From assembly GCA_002269645.1 (NCBI GenBank), contig NIVC01003205.1, positions 47,717-111,716 of the forward strand: 64,000 bases of DNA. Direction: 5' to 3'. Each line of letters starts with the position of its first letter. The stretch's first letter is position 1. The stretch comes from Macrostomum lignano (Eukaryota). Positions 51,432 to 64,000 of the stretch are shown here, piece after piece. The position numbers were made by a program, and so were the translations under genes. The notes under the pieces were generated by a model that saw nothing but the letters and a program-made list of their open reading frames with translations, was not told where the DNA came from and did not search any database.

Positions 51432-54400
51432 CTAGAGGCATTTGTGAACAACGGTCTCAGTCTGGCAAACCTGGCAGCGAACCTCGCAGCACCAGTGAAA
51501 TCTGCAGTGGCACTTGTGCTGCAGTACCACCTTCTCTGATACGTGGCCGCGGCCGCAGCACAAGCTGCCGCAGGACTGGCCGCCTGAGCTCTCAAGGCTG
51601 CACTCCCGACCCTCGGTGCCAAGCGAGCCTCGACGAATCTGCGTGGTTAAAGGCGGAATGAGTCATCTAGGTTTCTGCAAACTTGACGTTCAGACAAAAT
51701 ATGCAACTTTTCACACACATTGCGGCTGCAGTAGGACGGGCTGCGCTGCCAGAACACAAGCTCAGCGGGGTGCACTGGCTGATGAGTCCGCCTGTGCAGA
51801 AGCCGGCGGCTTCTCCATCGGCGACTAACTTTCACGGCTGAGTCGTAGCGCATGCGCAGCGCGGCGGAGATCTCTAGCATGCTGGGCACCACGCGCCAGC
51901 AAGAGCGGAGAGAGCACGACCCACTGATGCCGTGACAGCGACAGACTGTCTTCACGCCTGATCTAACCACCTGTTTTCATAGAGGCCATCATGGGAGAAA
52001 TTGAGTCAGTCCTATTGATCTGTCAACAGTAGCGAGCAGCTGTATACAAGATCTACCATCCGATACAAACTACATTGAATGCTGTTTATGTAGTGCGAGA
52101 TGTGTTCATGCGTCAGTTAGCTCCTTGCACGCACGTGTTATATTTTAGGTTGTTTTTGCTCTGGATGTCCAAAATTACATAAATTACTCTAAGAGCTGGT
52201 GACGAAGGCGCACTACCCACCAGTCTTCCTGCGCCATTGTTATGCAGCAGGCTCAGCATGCGCAGCTTCTTTCTACGCCGTCGCTTCCGCTCTCGACGTG
52301 TCAGGTTGACTTCTCGCAGGCGAACTGTTGTGCCAAGGGCGGTGGCATCCATGAACCGCGCTGCCAGCCGGTCCCCGTCGTATATGTTGTCGCTGCAGCC
52401 GGACCAGTGGTAAACCTTCTCTGGTGCCTCCTCTGTTGGGGGCAGCAGGTGCGGATCGCTTGGCCTCGGCGGCTCGGCCATGTGCCGGGCACAACTGCAG
52501 ACCGTCATGTTGCCTGAAGTCCAAAAGTTGAAAGATTCAACGGTTAGAAATACCATTAGTCATTTTCCCGCAAAATTTTCACTTAGGGGATCACGGACTC
52601 AAAGAAAAATCTTCCAGGATTTTGAAAATTTCCTGTCCCTAATCCCAGCAAGCATATAGCCGAGCCCAGCAGGGATATCAGAATGTCAAGCACAAACAGT
52701 TTTTCAGTCTAGCTCAGCTTCGGGGCTTTGCACACGACAGAGCAATCGAAACTTTTGTCTAAATGATGTAATGAGAAGCTAGTCTGTGTACTTTACACCG
52801 TATTTAGACCACGCCTGCTAATCTCGCATTCTATACGAATGAACGCAAATTACTACTCTTGCACCAGTAGCAAGGAAAGCTACGTATATATTCACTGTAT
52901 GTCACAGCATTTCTACACGCTCGTTAATGACGTCCCTGAATTCAGGCATTTATAAATGGCCTTACCGAGGCTGCATGCCTTAGCGATGGAATGCGTGACT
53001 CCGGCTGATGTGACGGCCTGCACGAATGCCGTCTCCCTGGTTGACCGGCGCAGCCCAAACCGAATCGCGTCACTTCGCTGTGAGCAGTTCCAGCGGGTCA
53101 CCTGAAACTCGCGGGCGCAGTGCATCAGCGAGCCGTGCACTCCCATTCGAATGTGGGGCATGAGATCCTGCTGCCGACGACAAAAGTTGCGTTGCAGCGG
53201 GTGCAGATCGCGGCAGGCCGCCTCCTGCGACTCTACAGTGGCCTGGTCAGCTGCATCCTGGAGAAACTGGGGAGGCAGTCTGAAAAGAGCGGATAAAGAG
53301 GGCTGTCTAGATAGATATTTTGAGCGCAAGTGCATCTGAGACTCCGCGAAAAGATTTTGTGCAAATTGCTTTCCATAAAGAGTTTGCATTAACTCGCTCG
53401 AACAACAAGTCGACTTTAAGACGGACAACGAGCCAGCCAAAAACTCGAGATACGTATCTCCACACCGGCCTGGGCCCATCTAAGCGACCTGTGGCACCTT
53501 CGCGGACTCAAGTTGGCAGGTGACTCCATTTTGCTGGCCCACACTCAGATGCGCCGGACCCCCTACCGGTGAAGCCAGAAGCATACACTGATCAGGCGTT
53601 TTGCCTGCTTGCTGACACCGGTGCCCAGATTCTGTCGGCAGCGCGGCTGACTGAATAAAAGATCACACAGCTGCAGGCCCCAGGCCCGAGGCGCTCCATA
53701 AGACAGCTCTTTATTGGCCTTTAAAAAACATTTTTTGTTTCAGTCATATTGTTTTTGTGTAATACAGATGCAGTTTTCCCATTGTTTAATACAATAATAA
53801 TTGTAACTCTCTCTGAAAGACGAATGACAGCTGCTAAAATTATCAGTGAACTGCAGAAGGCCATTCGCACTATTAGTCTCCCTCAACTACATGTAGAGCA
53901 GCAATTATTTTTTGCTTAGTAAAGTAATTGACCATAAGAATATAAGGTCGACACAAAGAATTTCGGTGCAGTAAAGGACAACGGACCGAGCGCGAAAGTC
54001 CTACCGCGAAGCGACTTACAGCTGAGAGGTTCGAATCTTGGGAGAAGGATCTCATTGCGCTTCACCTTTCAGCCCAACAGACTCGGCCTTCTCAAATGAA
54101 TTCGAGAGCAGCTGTGTGATCTAGTGAGATGCAGTGAGAGCTAGGCTAATCATATGCAGGGTCATTGCTGCGGACACACAAATGACTAAATTTCCTTTCG
54201 AGATTCCCGTGCCGCCATTCAGACTGCGGCGGAGTATTTTTATCGTTCCCTTCTGCAACGGACGGCCCACACAAGTTTTCTTTTAACTGCATTCTGCTGC
54301 CTGACCCAGATTTAAGGACACTTGGAGAAAATGAAAATACTGACCCTCTCCTAGACTCCCTTATATTCAAAGCCATTCAGCCAGTTTAATTTTCACCGTT

Positions 54401-55377
54401 AGCATTGCTAAGTTTTTTAGATGAAGATGCAGAAAAAATTGAATAACTGACTAGTCCATTTCCACCGTTCTAGCATTTCAGGCTTCCGTAACTTTAAAGT
54501 CTTATTTTATAATGAAATTAAACCTGTCAACAAGCATTTTCTACTGCTGGTAAGGAGTTGAAGAAAGGGTTTGTACAGAAAATGAATGTGCCAGGTGCTG
54601 CAAGTTCTCATGGATGTCGGCACAATGAAAGTTTTAAAATGGCGATATCTATATTTGATTATGTGCAGATAAAAAATAACTGTTCCAAGTTTTGTTGCCG
54701 GCAGTCGATTGCGAAAATCAATTTTGTTTTTATAGAAAGTGAGTTCGTTTTCAGGCCTGCGTACATGTACTATGCCATTGTTTCTCAATGGTCGGTGCAG
54801 CAATGTATTGATAGTATGGAACGATTCCAGAACGCTAGCGAAGGCAAACGCTTTTGACGCACGAGTTAGCGTTCATGAATCTCGTTCTTATTTGATTCTA
54901 TTTTAATCATAGATCATGCAGTTAAACCAGAGACAAAATAAAGTCTGAACGATCGGGAGTGCAAGATTGACAATTCTGCACGCAGAATCAAATAACAATG
55001 TAACCGGAGCGCGTCTGGTTCGTGCAGTCACGCCCATAGACCCTCGTGCTTTAGCGTCACTGCACTCCCAGCCGTGCTCATTGCTTGGTGCCTCATTGTT
55101 TAGCAATTTGACGATCATTATTCACATTTTTAATGCATAACAATCCATTACTACAAACAATGGATATGTGAATGGATCGTCACATATGTGACGATCATAT
55201 GTGAATAATGATTGCTAAACAGCTACACGTAAATGAAAGACTGCTAAGAACTCACGAAAATCCACTGCATGAGGTGCATTGAAGCATCAGCTGCAACAGC
55301 AGTGACAACAGCAGAAGCGACGGCAGATTTTGAGCGTGAAGCATCGAGACGCTAGCGCAGGTGCGCTGAGAGCCCAT
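51432..55377 (-). CDS. wnt: Wnt family ligand (Wnt4/Wnt11-like; subfamily not resolved)
   Basis: Exons ~53280-52966 (C..EF...RWNC, RETAFV.A.TSAG), 52513-52221 (WSGCSDNI, HNNGAGR), 51970-51719 (CRCHGISGSC lipidation motif, SPSYC) and 51638-51432 (CCGRG...CHCRFHWCC..C..C). A signal-peptide-like exon lies at 55377-55256. The join between 55256 and ~53280 is unresolved. Confidence 0.92.
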
Positions 55378-56937
55378 GCCTGGGCAGTCGACTCGACAGT
55401 CAGCGCCAGGAGGACCTGCTGAGGGTCGTGTGCCTTCTGTCTTGTCTTGGCTGGAATATGGCCAAGTGGTGATCCTCTTGTTGATGCTGGAATGGTCTGC
55501 AGAGCACAGCAATAAGTAGTAACACTCCTGAAGAGGGCTGAAGATAAAATACCGAGACGGAAGCGGCAGGAATGACCGATGACACTTCAGTCAGCAGCGA
55601 AGTGTGGGCTAAGAGATGTGACCAGCGCCAATTTACACGCATCTGTTGCTGCTTGCAATGGGCGCTTCAATCTGAGGTGTCACCTTTTTGAATCTGCCAT
55701 TTCTTTTTCTTGCCCCTCAGAATGCAGCTACGATTGGTCCAGTGGCGCCATTCGTCACGCAAACCAACGACAGCCTTTACGTTGGTGTCTCACCCTGTGC
55801 TGGGCAGAAATGATTGATGAGGCCTCATCAGTGTTTGAATTTTCCAGAATTTTCTTGCTGATGTCCTACGGCACCCAAGGTCCAGATTCTATAAAAGGTA
55901 ACACAAGAGATCCCACCTAACTGCAATTAGGGGTGATTAGCTGGGCACACCATTTAAGCATTAATCCTCCATCCGGAAACCTCGATTGATGGGAGTTCAG
56001 TTGAAGTCCTAATCTGCGCACTGAGGTCCCATAGAATTTTTGATATTTCTAAAAGCGATTTTTTATCCTGCTAAATTGTAAATAAAGTCATATACATGTA
56101 TGTCAAAGCCTCAAAGAATTCTAATTCTAGGATAATGTCAGTGTGACAACGATAAGAATTTTGGGCGCCTCCCAATGCGAAGACGGCGCTCTTGATGTTA
56201 AAAGTTTTACAAGCTAATTTAAGATTCCTAACAACTCCTTCAGGATTCCCTCAAACTGGAGCTCTTTAAATCATTTTTGCCATGTAAGCAAGATTCTAGT
56301 AGCGCAGCACAATGTGGCTTCCAATAAACAGGCCTCGCTGGTAGACCGCGGCTGTAAGACAAATTTAGTGGCTGCACGGGAGAGAAAGCATATAATACAT
56401 GTATTACTTTAAACTTTAATGTGCATGTATAATAATGACAACAGCAAAGCACGAATACATTTTTTGCAATAGAGACTGAAATATTGGAAATATATTGGAT
56501 GGCAGCATCCATAAATTACACCGAAAAGAAAGAGATAGCTTCTTCAGCTCTCATGTCATAAACTATTTTGCTTTCAGACGAATGCAAGCACACCGTTGCA
56601 AATAATCAACAAGCACCACTGCATGGAACATAGACGAAATACGCAGTAAAAGGATACGAGCGTGGGTATTGCGATCCCACAGCCTTTATCACTTGTCTAT
56701 CCCCATGCACTAGTTTTGGTAGCTAACGGGATACTCAGAATATTCTGCGTAAAGAATATTATTCTATTATTCTTTTATTGTCCCTGACGTTCAGGGTAAT
56801 GGATAAATAATCTGCGGTCCCAGTGCGTGACAACGTGGGGCTTAGACATGCATTGTTTGTAGTAATGTATTATTGTTCTGCATAAAAAATGCGAATAATG
56901 ATAGTCAAATTGCTAAGCAATGATAATATACTACGAG

Positions 56938-57040
56938 TAATATTGATGGGCTGCAGAGGGCAAAAACGAGCTATAACGCCGAGGCGCGTAGCGCCGAGGA
57001 GTGTTAGCTCGTTTCTGCCCGATGCAGCCCATCCATATTA
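56938..57040. other. 103-bp hairpin (36-bp stem) with an internal GGCGC-GTA-GCGCC mini-hairpin
   Basis: 56938-56973 versus 57005-57040 pair at 32 of 36 positions. Ends are TAATA/TATTA. Confidence 0.75.
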
Positions 57041-58369
57041 GTGTTACAGTTAGCGGGCGTTTCACGGCCCACTGAGACTGTCTATGGTAAAATCCCATTT
57101 ACGAGTATTCCAATGCATTCAGTCGGTTTCACGGCCCACTGAAAATGTCTATGGCAAAGTCAGAAGAAAGCGGGGTCAAGGGGCGCTGAGCCCCCTTGCG
57201 GAGCCCCCTTTGCACACCAGCACTCTAGAGAAAGAAAGAATGAATGAATCTAAAAAAATATATATGGCCAAAATTCCTTATTTTGCGAATTTAAATAATA
57301 GTAACTGATTTTAAGCATTATTAAGCAGTACTAAGCTTTACTTTCAAAATATAACGTTACAAGTTGTAGAAACATTAACTAGATACTTATACCGGTATGC
57401 ATACGAGCTTTTTTACTTACTGAAGTCGGCCATAGATAATTGCAGCGGGCAGGATGCTGTGTGTTTCATCCCGTTTCATCACGCCTAGGTTAACTATAAT
57501 GGTTGGTTATTCGTGAGACTTTAGGATAACCGCATTGTTGAACTTCAGTGGGGCCATAGACAGAAAGGGCATCGAAAGGAGAGAGGGGTTACCGAGGAGA
57601 GAGACATAAAGACTGAGGTGGTTTACTGGAGTTTGGGCCATAGACGACGAAGTGGCAAACAGGCCGGGGGCTTAAGAGGGTGGAAAAGAAGATGTGGAGA
57701 GAAAGAGAGAATCTAGGAAACGCCTACTATTCTATGGCCCAGTTTTATGCATGGATAAAGGAAAAGGAGTAATGGAATCAATGCTGATGAGCCATTTTTT
57801 GACCTTCGAATTTGACCCCTGTCTGTCACAGAACTAAAGACCCAGGATATATTTGAGTGTCCGGGGTTCCGAGTGTCAAAAAAGCATGAATACAGGGCTG
57901 CATACTAGTGACTCACATTAGTAATCATTTTTCTTCATCCGTACTTTGAGTCCTTGAGAAGCGGTCATGTGGAATGCGATGAATGCTGAGGCGAAGCCGT
58001 TGCGAGCGGAAAGTCCGAAAGACGGCCAAGATGATCTACAATAAGATAGCACATCAGTGGCAGTGGCATGTGTACGGAGCATTGCAGACTGGCTGCAATT
58101 GTGTTGAGTGATTTTGTCGGATCGGCATGCTGATGTAGAAGCTAAAATTCAATGGGTGGCAATCCAAACTGAAGATTTTTACGACTCGGCTGCGCTGAGA
58201 ACTGAATTCCAAGCACGTACCATGTTTAAAGGTTAGCTTCAGAATCATCAGGTTCTCGCTCTTCCCTGAGTGATTCAGATCGGATGAAGCGTTAATAATC
58301 AGTCAAATAATTATGGACACAGGAATATTTATTGAATCATTGATGGAATTTTAAATAGACGATATTGTA

Positions 58370-58712
58370 GCTCGTGTAGCTCCGATCCTACGCCGAGACC
58401 TGTACCCTGGAAAAGCAGCTGGACGCTGCGCTGTGCGTGCGCTGCGGCCCGGACTCTGAGACCAACGTCGCGCTAGGGCCCGCCTAACGCGGCCTTCTGA
58501 CCTGCTGCGCGAGAGATGACTCAGGCTGACTAGCCACGTCATCATCCGGTCGGAGTCGCTGTAGCGAGCCATTCATTACACGACAGTTGTTGTTGTGGAC
58601 GGCGTGTAGGGTCCGCGGAGACGAGGCCAAGGACAAACGACGCGCTACCCCGAGCTGCTCCTGTGTCCTGACATCCCCCTTGTGGCCGGCGAGGTGTTTT
58701 TGTTGTTGTAGC
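58370..58712 (+). mobile_element. Highly decayed RTE-like LINE 3' fragment related to 19386-20235
   Basis: Translated pieces DLLRER*LRLTSHVIIRSES and PRRRGQGQTTRYPELL parallel SELLRHRRLQLAGHII.AES and PYRRGQACTQRFVDCL. A ttgttgttg tail lies at ~58705. Confidence 0.65.
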
Positions 58713-59001
58713 CAAATAATTTTATCAGCTTAGAACGATTAATGTTCGTGAGACAAATATAAGCGTTGCATTTACACAGGTTTTGAACTGAGACTCGTAA
58801 CATTCTACAAGGAACTAACGTCTATGATCAACGTTATCTGCGAATAACGTGATGAAACTGTCGTAGACGAACCAACTTAACATTAACAGCTGCAATATTC
58901 TATATTTTAGGGTATCAAGGTGCAACCGCAAACATGCACATGTACACATGCAACATTTAAGACGACCTGTCTTTCGGACAATTGGAAAAAAGACCAATAC
59001 T

Positions 59002-59359
59002 CAGGGGCGTCGCCAATGGGGGGGACATGTCCCCCCCCAGTAAAAGATCTGGGGGGGACATGCCAGTGCTTTGTCCCCCCCACCCCACCTTGTGGCCCGT
59101 TGTGGAAATCAATAATTTTGCTGCATGGCGAGAAAACATAGCGCCTACGGCGCTAAAATGAATGACTGCGGCGCAAAATGAATGACTGCGGCGCTAAAAT
59201 GAGTGCCTGCGGCGCTAAAATGAATGACTGCGGCGCTAAAATGGTGCCTGCGGCGCTAACATGAGAGCATGCGGCGCTAAAATGAGTAGGATGTAGGATT
59301 CTGAAATGAAGAATTCTTGGCTGTGCCCCCCCACCATAAAATCCATGGTGACGCTACTG
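59002..59359. mobile_element. hAT-like MITE (358 bp) with a 7-bp TSD
   Basis: CAGGGGCGTCGCCAATGG ... CCATGGTGACGCTACTG. caatact is duplicated at 58995-59001 and 59360-59366. An internal ~21-bp repeat (gcggcgctaaaatgaatgact) occurs about 6 times at 59147-59285. Confidence 0.85.
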
Positions 59360-61773
59360 CAATACTTGTACACAATCTGTCGAGGCAAGCTCCAAAAAGA
59401 TTAAACACGCATTTTGGCGATTTTACTACCTCAATTTACAATTGATTCGTCTGAAAACAAAGGGAATTGCTAATGCTAATGCAAAGTCTGGGTATAGTTG
59501 GTGGATAAAGCGTTCTCGCAGTTCGACTCGCGCAATACAGGACCATTTTATCTCCATGTTCCACGCTTGTAAGTAAGCATAAGCTTGTCGTCATTCGTGC
59601 CAAATCCAGTAGAGTTTGAGACTCAATAGTAAAGACACCGTAACTGACTCTCCAACTCTCGCGCCCAATATTAGACTTGATTACTGCCAATCTCTCTTGG
59701 CTCAAAGTAAAAAATAACCCTAGATTTCGTAGGACAAAGATTGCATCTTTAACATCAGAGTTTCATATAAGAAACTTAGCCACAAAAAACTGGGCATCAA
59801 AAATGAAACCCGCGCATTTAGTTAGTTAGTTAGCTATACAACAGAGAGAAAGAGACCCGCTGCGCCTCCTGCTCTAATCGATTGACCAGACACTCAGTAC
59901 AGACGCAGAGACCCTGCTTGGAATGCTCTGCTGACTGGTTCTGCATGTGCAACCCACTGGGTTTCCTGTACCAAAACATGCCAGAAGGCCCAAGGCACAT
60001 GGTGAAGAAGACCCAGCATTCAGATTCAAACTATTTAGCAATAGACTGCTGGTGGGCAGACAGTAGGTACAGAATACGAGCCGTAGATGTATCAATCGAA
60101 TGCCTCGAAGTTAAGTTTACCAGCGTCTCTTTGCGAAATGATTAGCTTCGAGCGAAAATAGCATTCGCACAGGAAGTTGCAAGCATATGGGCAAACACGA
60201 TGGACAATAGGGGGAGAAATGCAGGAGTTTGTTTCAGTCATTGTAGACATTAGCAACATTTGGGGCCGCATTGCAGCGATATTGCTTCTCTTTTTTCCGA
60301 TTCTCCTCGGGGCAAGAAACCAACGACTTCTGGCAGACAGTTGAAGAAACAAGCTCCGCTTCGCATACCTTGATTGGCAACTCGAACAGTAACTGGGAGG
60401 GGGGTTCTGGTGACTGGGGCACAAGAGCCTAGGGAGCCATCCGTTCACCTTCAGGCAAAACAATACCACAGTGGATTAATGGCCGAATTAACCTGGGGCC
60501 ATATGTCCCGACTAGGTCTAACCTCTGCGGGCCCCACTGGGATGGAAAAGAACAGAATTTTGCACTGCCACAAAGTTACCACCAGAAGACCCATGCAAAT
60601 ATTTCCGAATGTCGAAATGATCAAGACTCGAACGAGTTTCCTTCATTTGAATAATAATGTAAGCAATAGTATATTGCGAAGAAAAATTGCATTATAAAAT
60701 TTTAGAGAAAAATAGATGCACTCAAAGCGAATCAGTTGAAAATCACTCGCATATGCAGACTTTGTGCATAGGCTAGGGAAGTACAGACATCAGCAACATC
60801 CGCACGGACAAGAAAGTAAAGCTGTCAACAATAAGCCAGCCAGTTATAATTATAGACATAGACAGAGATTTGTTTGCATCTGGCATAGGTTAAAAAATCA
60901 CAAATATTGTAAAATAAAAGTACAATATACATTTAAAAAAAGCAACTATCAGATAGTAAAACTTTAGGACTAGCTAGTGACAGAAAATAAATATTGAAGT
61001 GTGAACTTCAGCAGAACAAGTAGCACACCAGATCTAGTTGGGTTGGGTGTCACAACGTGAAGCGAATAGCAATCATAATAATGCTCATCGTGTAAAAAAT
61101 ATGCAAATACACTAATTATTGAAATATAAATTGTTGCAGTGCACAGTGTAATTGGCATGAACGAACGGTACGATTAAGAGTAAAACAGTTGAAATAATAG
61201 ATGCTCCTGCAATAATAATGCGATTGCAATTGCATGCGGCAATGACAAGGCAGATAAACAGAGCACACTGAAACATGCGAGGGAGATTGACATTACTGGA
61301 TGTTATTAACACGGGAATAAGTGTGAAACCTCAAAAATATATGGAGCAATACTGAAATATCAATGTTGAACAAAATCTGCGTCAATAATGATGCATACTG
61401 ACCCCACTCGATGCTGTTATTTTTCTAATAGTTGTTGCAATCGCAAGGAGTAATGAAGCTGGCACGCACGCACATGACGGCCATACTACGAGTAATTTAC
61501 TAGTCCCTAATTTGCACCAGAATGATATAAAAGCAATCTCCTGCGAACTCTCTTAGCGATAATTATTTTTAAACTTAAATGGCCACGCCAAGGTCATGAA
61601 AAATCCACACAGGATAATATTCACATCAGTTTTGTTGCAGAATTGAAATTTCAATTTATCAAATATGATATGTATTTCAGACGTACTGATAATGCACATG
61701 CATATAGGGCAAATCAAATTAGTTCGGAGTAAAAAATATATGGAAGCGCCAATTGAGACGAGTCGAAACTGAT

Positions 61774-63608
61774 CTACTTGCAAAACTTCGGCTTAGGTGC
61801 AACTTTAGGCGGCTTTACAGGGGTCCCGCTGGCTGACAAGGGCGCAGAGCCCGGCAACTCAGCTGGCGCAACTACTGCCGAAGAGGCAGCGCCGGATTCT
61901 GCTACCACTGGTGGTGATGACCCCGCTGTCACCAATGTTGACTGAGGTGGCTCCGGCCAACGCCGCACACGCAGCGTGTCAGCGTGGCCCTCAAGGGCAA
62001 AGCGGTCGGCAGCTGATTCGGGCAGATCGGAGACCAGATCTGGAGCCCGCTTGGCCGCTGGAAGTTGCACTTTGGCTGTAAGCAGTGCTTGTGGATCGGC
62101 ATAAGGAGACTCCGTGTCGTATGTAAGGAGCTCAAGGCCAGCGATTACTTCTTGCAAAGCCTGATCGATGCTCTGCATATCCTGATCCGATGAAGCCGCT
62201 GATGCCGATGCAACAGTTGAAGATGGCGACGATGGTGATATTGAAGACGTTGAAGCCGTAGATACTGCTGTCTCCACTGCGGGTGTTGCTTTCTGTTGAG
62301 CAGGTGGTGCTTTAGAGGTTACAGTGTTGATGAGGAACTTGCTGACTGATGGTTAGTTGGACTGATGTTGCCAGTTGCGTCAGTCAAAGATGAAATCGAT
62401 TTTGCAAAAGTCTGTGACGTCGGCTCTGCTTGCGGCATGGACACAGTCGCGGTCTGTGGCACACTTTTTGGTGCAGTTTGAGCAGTTTGTAGTTGTGTCT
62501 GAAGAAATCTGGGATACGTCTTGGGTGCTTGCTCAGTGGAACCAACCGTCGCTGCGCTCGGCGTTTTTGAGTTCTCAACGTTTGATGGGACGATCTGTGA
62601 CGGGTGGGTAGCTTTCGGTGCAGCTGAAGGCACTGAGGTGTCTGATGCTGATGTTGCGAGTGCAGCTGACTTTGAGGATGCTGCTGCTCAGGTTGCTGTG
62701 GTTGCTGTAGTTGCGGCTGCTGAGTGTTTGCTGCAAGCGCTTCAGATTCTGTAGACGAGTGTCGCAGCCTGGCCACATATGCATCGGGAATTAGGCCCTC
62801 TTTACCAGAGGCATTGACAACACGCAGCCACTCGGCGGTAAGGCGGCTGACTACAGTGAGGACGTCCCTTTGTTGAAACTGAGTTCGCGTGATGTTCGCG
62901 CTTCAAATGAGTACTTGGCCGCTACCATGTAGCGCTCTCAGGCTCTGGAAACACAAACCAAGCGCTTGTTTATTAGATATCGAAAGGGTGAAATATGCTG
63001 CCTTTCCTGATATTATGCAAACAGATTCAACTGATTGCAAGTAACAGAATGATACGGTGGACTTGCATTGTAAGGAAAATGAGTAAAAATGAATATTGAA
63101 AAGACGATTGCATAAATAGGATTGAGAGACTAAAGTTTTGTATTCGCGTTTTTCTTTTCCTAGAATTCTGTAGCGAAATCGCGCGCAAGATGTTTCCATG
63201 TTAGGACGTGAGCTGAACTCGGATTCTAGATTTCCAGTTCCATTCCGCAAACGCAGAAGAGATTTCAGGTGTTGGGGTAAAAGCCTAGCGCCTTCCTGCA
63301 CATACTAGAGAACCCTTGACTCACCCATCTCGGAGCAAACGGACTGCTCTTCTTCGTCTTCCACATCGAAGTCGTCTTCCATTCTTTTACGGTAGATGGG
63401 CCCGGGCACGTCTTTGCGCACAAAGATGTCGGACTCGTGCTCAATAATTAGCTTCATCAGGTGAGTGATAGAACCTTGGTAGATCACTGGGTCGCGGTTA
63501 GGCGGCACGGGAAGGAAGGAAGGCGCTAGACAAATCGACAGGTTGTAGGAATCCATCAAGTTTTCATCCGCGAATTGGGACAGGTGGTTCAGAAAAGCAA
63601 ATATGAAC
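61774..63608 (-). CDS. SRGAP: 3' part of an srGAP/ARHGAP4-type RhoGAP-SH3 gene with apparent single-base frameshifts; 5' part lies beyond the window
   Basis: Exon 63608-63325 (FAFLNHLSQFADENLMDSYNLSICLAPS, RhoGAP C-terminal helices). Next exon from ~62944 has an SH3 (AKYSFEARTSRELSFNKG..EWL..GKEGLIPDAYV), then a low-complexity region and QDMQSIDQALQE...APDLVSDLP resembling the srGAP tail. Confidence 0.85.
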
Positions 63609-64000
63609 CTGAAAGGTTGCATTGCATAAACCATAGATATTTTTACAAAGTTTAGTAAAAGACTAAAGATCTAGAGCGGTACAAACCAATAGCGTTATAT
63701 GCATATTACATAAAATAAAAATAAAAAAACGCATTGGCCAAACTTGTAAGTCGTATTATTCTACTGATCGTCAGCAAGTAGTATAATAAATTAAAGCTGA
63801 AATTTTTGGAAAGTCTGCAAATTAAAAACTCCAAACACTTGGTGGGAAAACGGGGTAGGTGAAATAGAAATTGCATTCCTGTTTTATGGCGCTTTACGAG
63901 TAGAAGTAAAAGTTTTAGGATCTGTGAGACTCGTAATAACGTATAGAATTGATCTTGCACTAAACTTAGACGATATGAAAGGACTTAGGCATTACGTTCT

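Noticed and set aside
59436-60700. Several 60-125 aa ORFs on both strands
   Set aside because: No recognisable motif, no consistent strand or splice pattern; left unannotated.

Overview
This is eukaryotic (animal) genomic DNA, not prokaryotic: it has spliced genes with GT-AG introns and is dense in repeats and transposons. I infer a macrostomid flatworm (Macrostomum-like) from recalled similarity of the RTE-type LINE C-terminus and the repeat landscape; this was not database-checked. Host genes: TTLL10 tubulin glycylase (-), an orphan small secreted Cys-rich protein (-), phosphatidylserine decarboxylase (+), phospholipid scramblase (-), a 9-finger C2H2 protein (+), RPS27 (+, apparent 1-nt deletion), a Wnt ligand (-) and the 3' part of an srGAP-type RhoGAP-SH3 gene (-, several apparent 1-nt deletions). 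Positions ~24.9-39.8 kb form an island of five DNA transposons. Its centrepiece is a 6075-bp foldback (FB-NOF-like, Mutator superfamily) element with an exact 8-bp TSD and asymmetric arms of 186-bp tandem repeats. It carries a spliced gene for a DDE transposase (inactivated) fused to a Ulp1/C48 protease and a PHD finger. The window also holds several mini/microsatellites, Tc1- and hAT-like MITEs and two LINE remnants. I found no rRNA, intact tRNA or CRISPR array, and no convincing entirely new system. The best leads are the foldback element and the orphan secreted protein.
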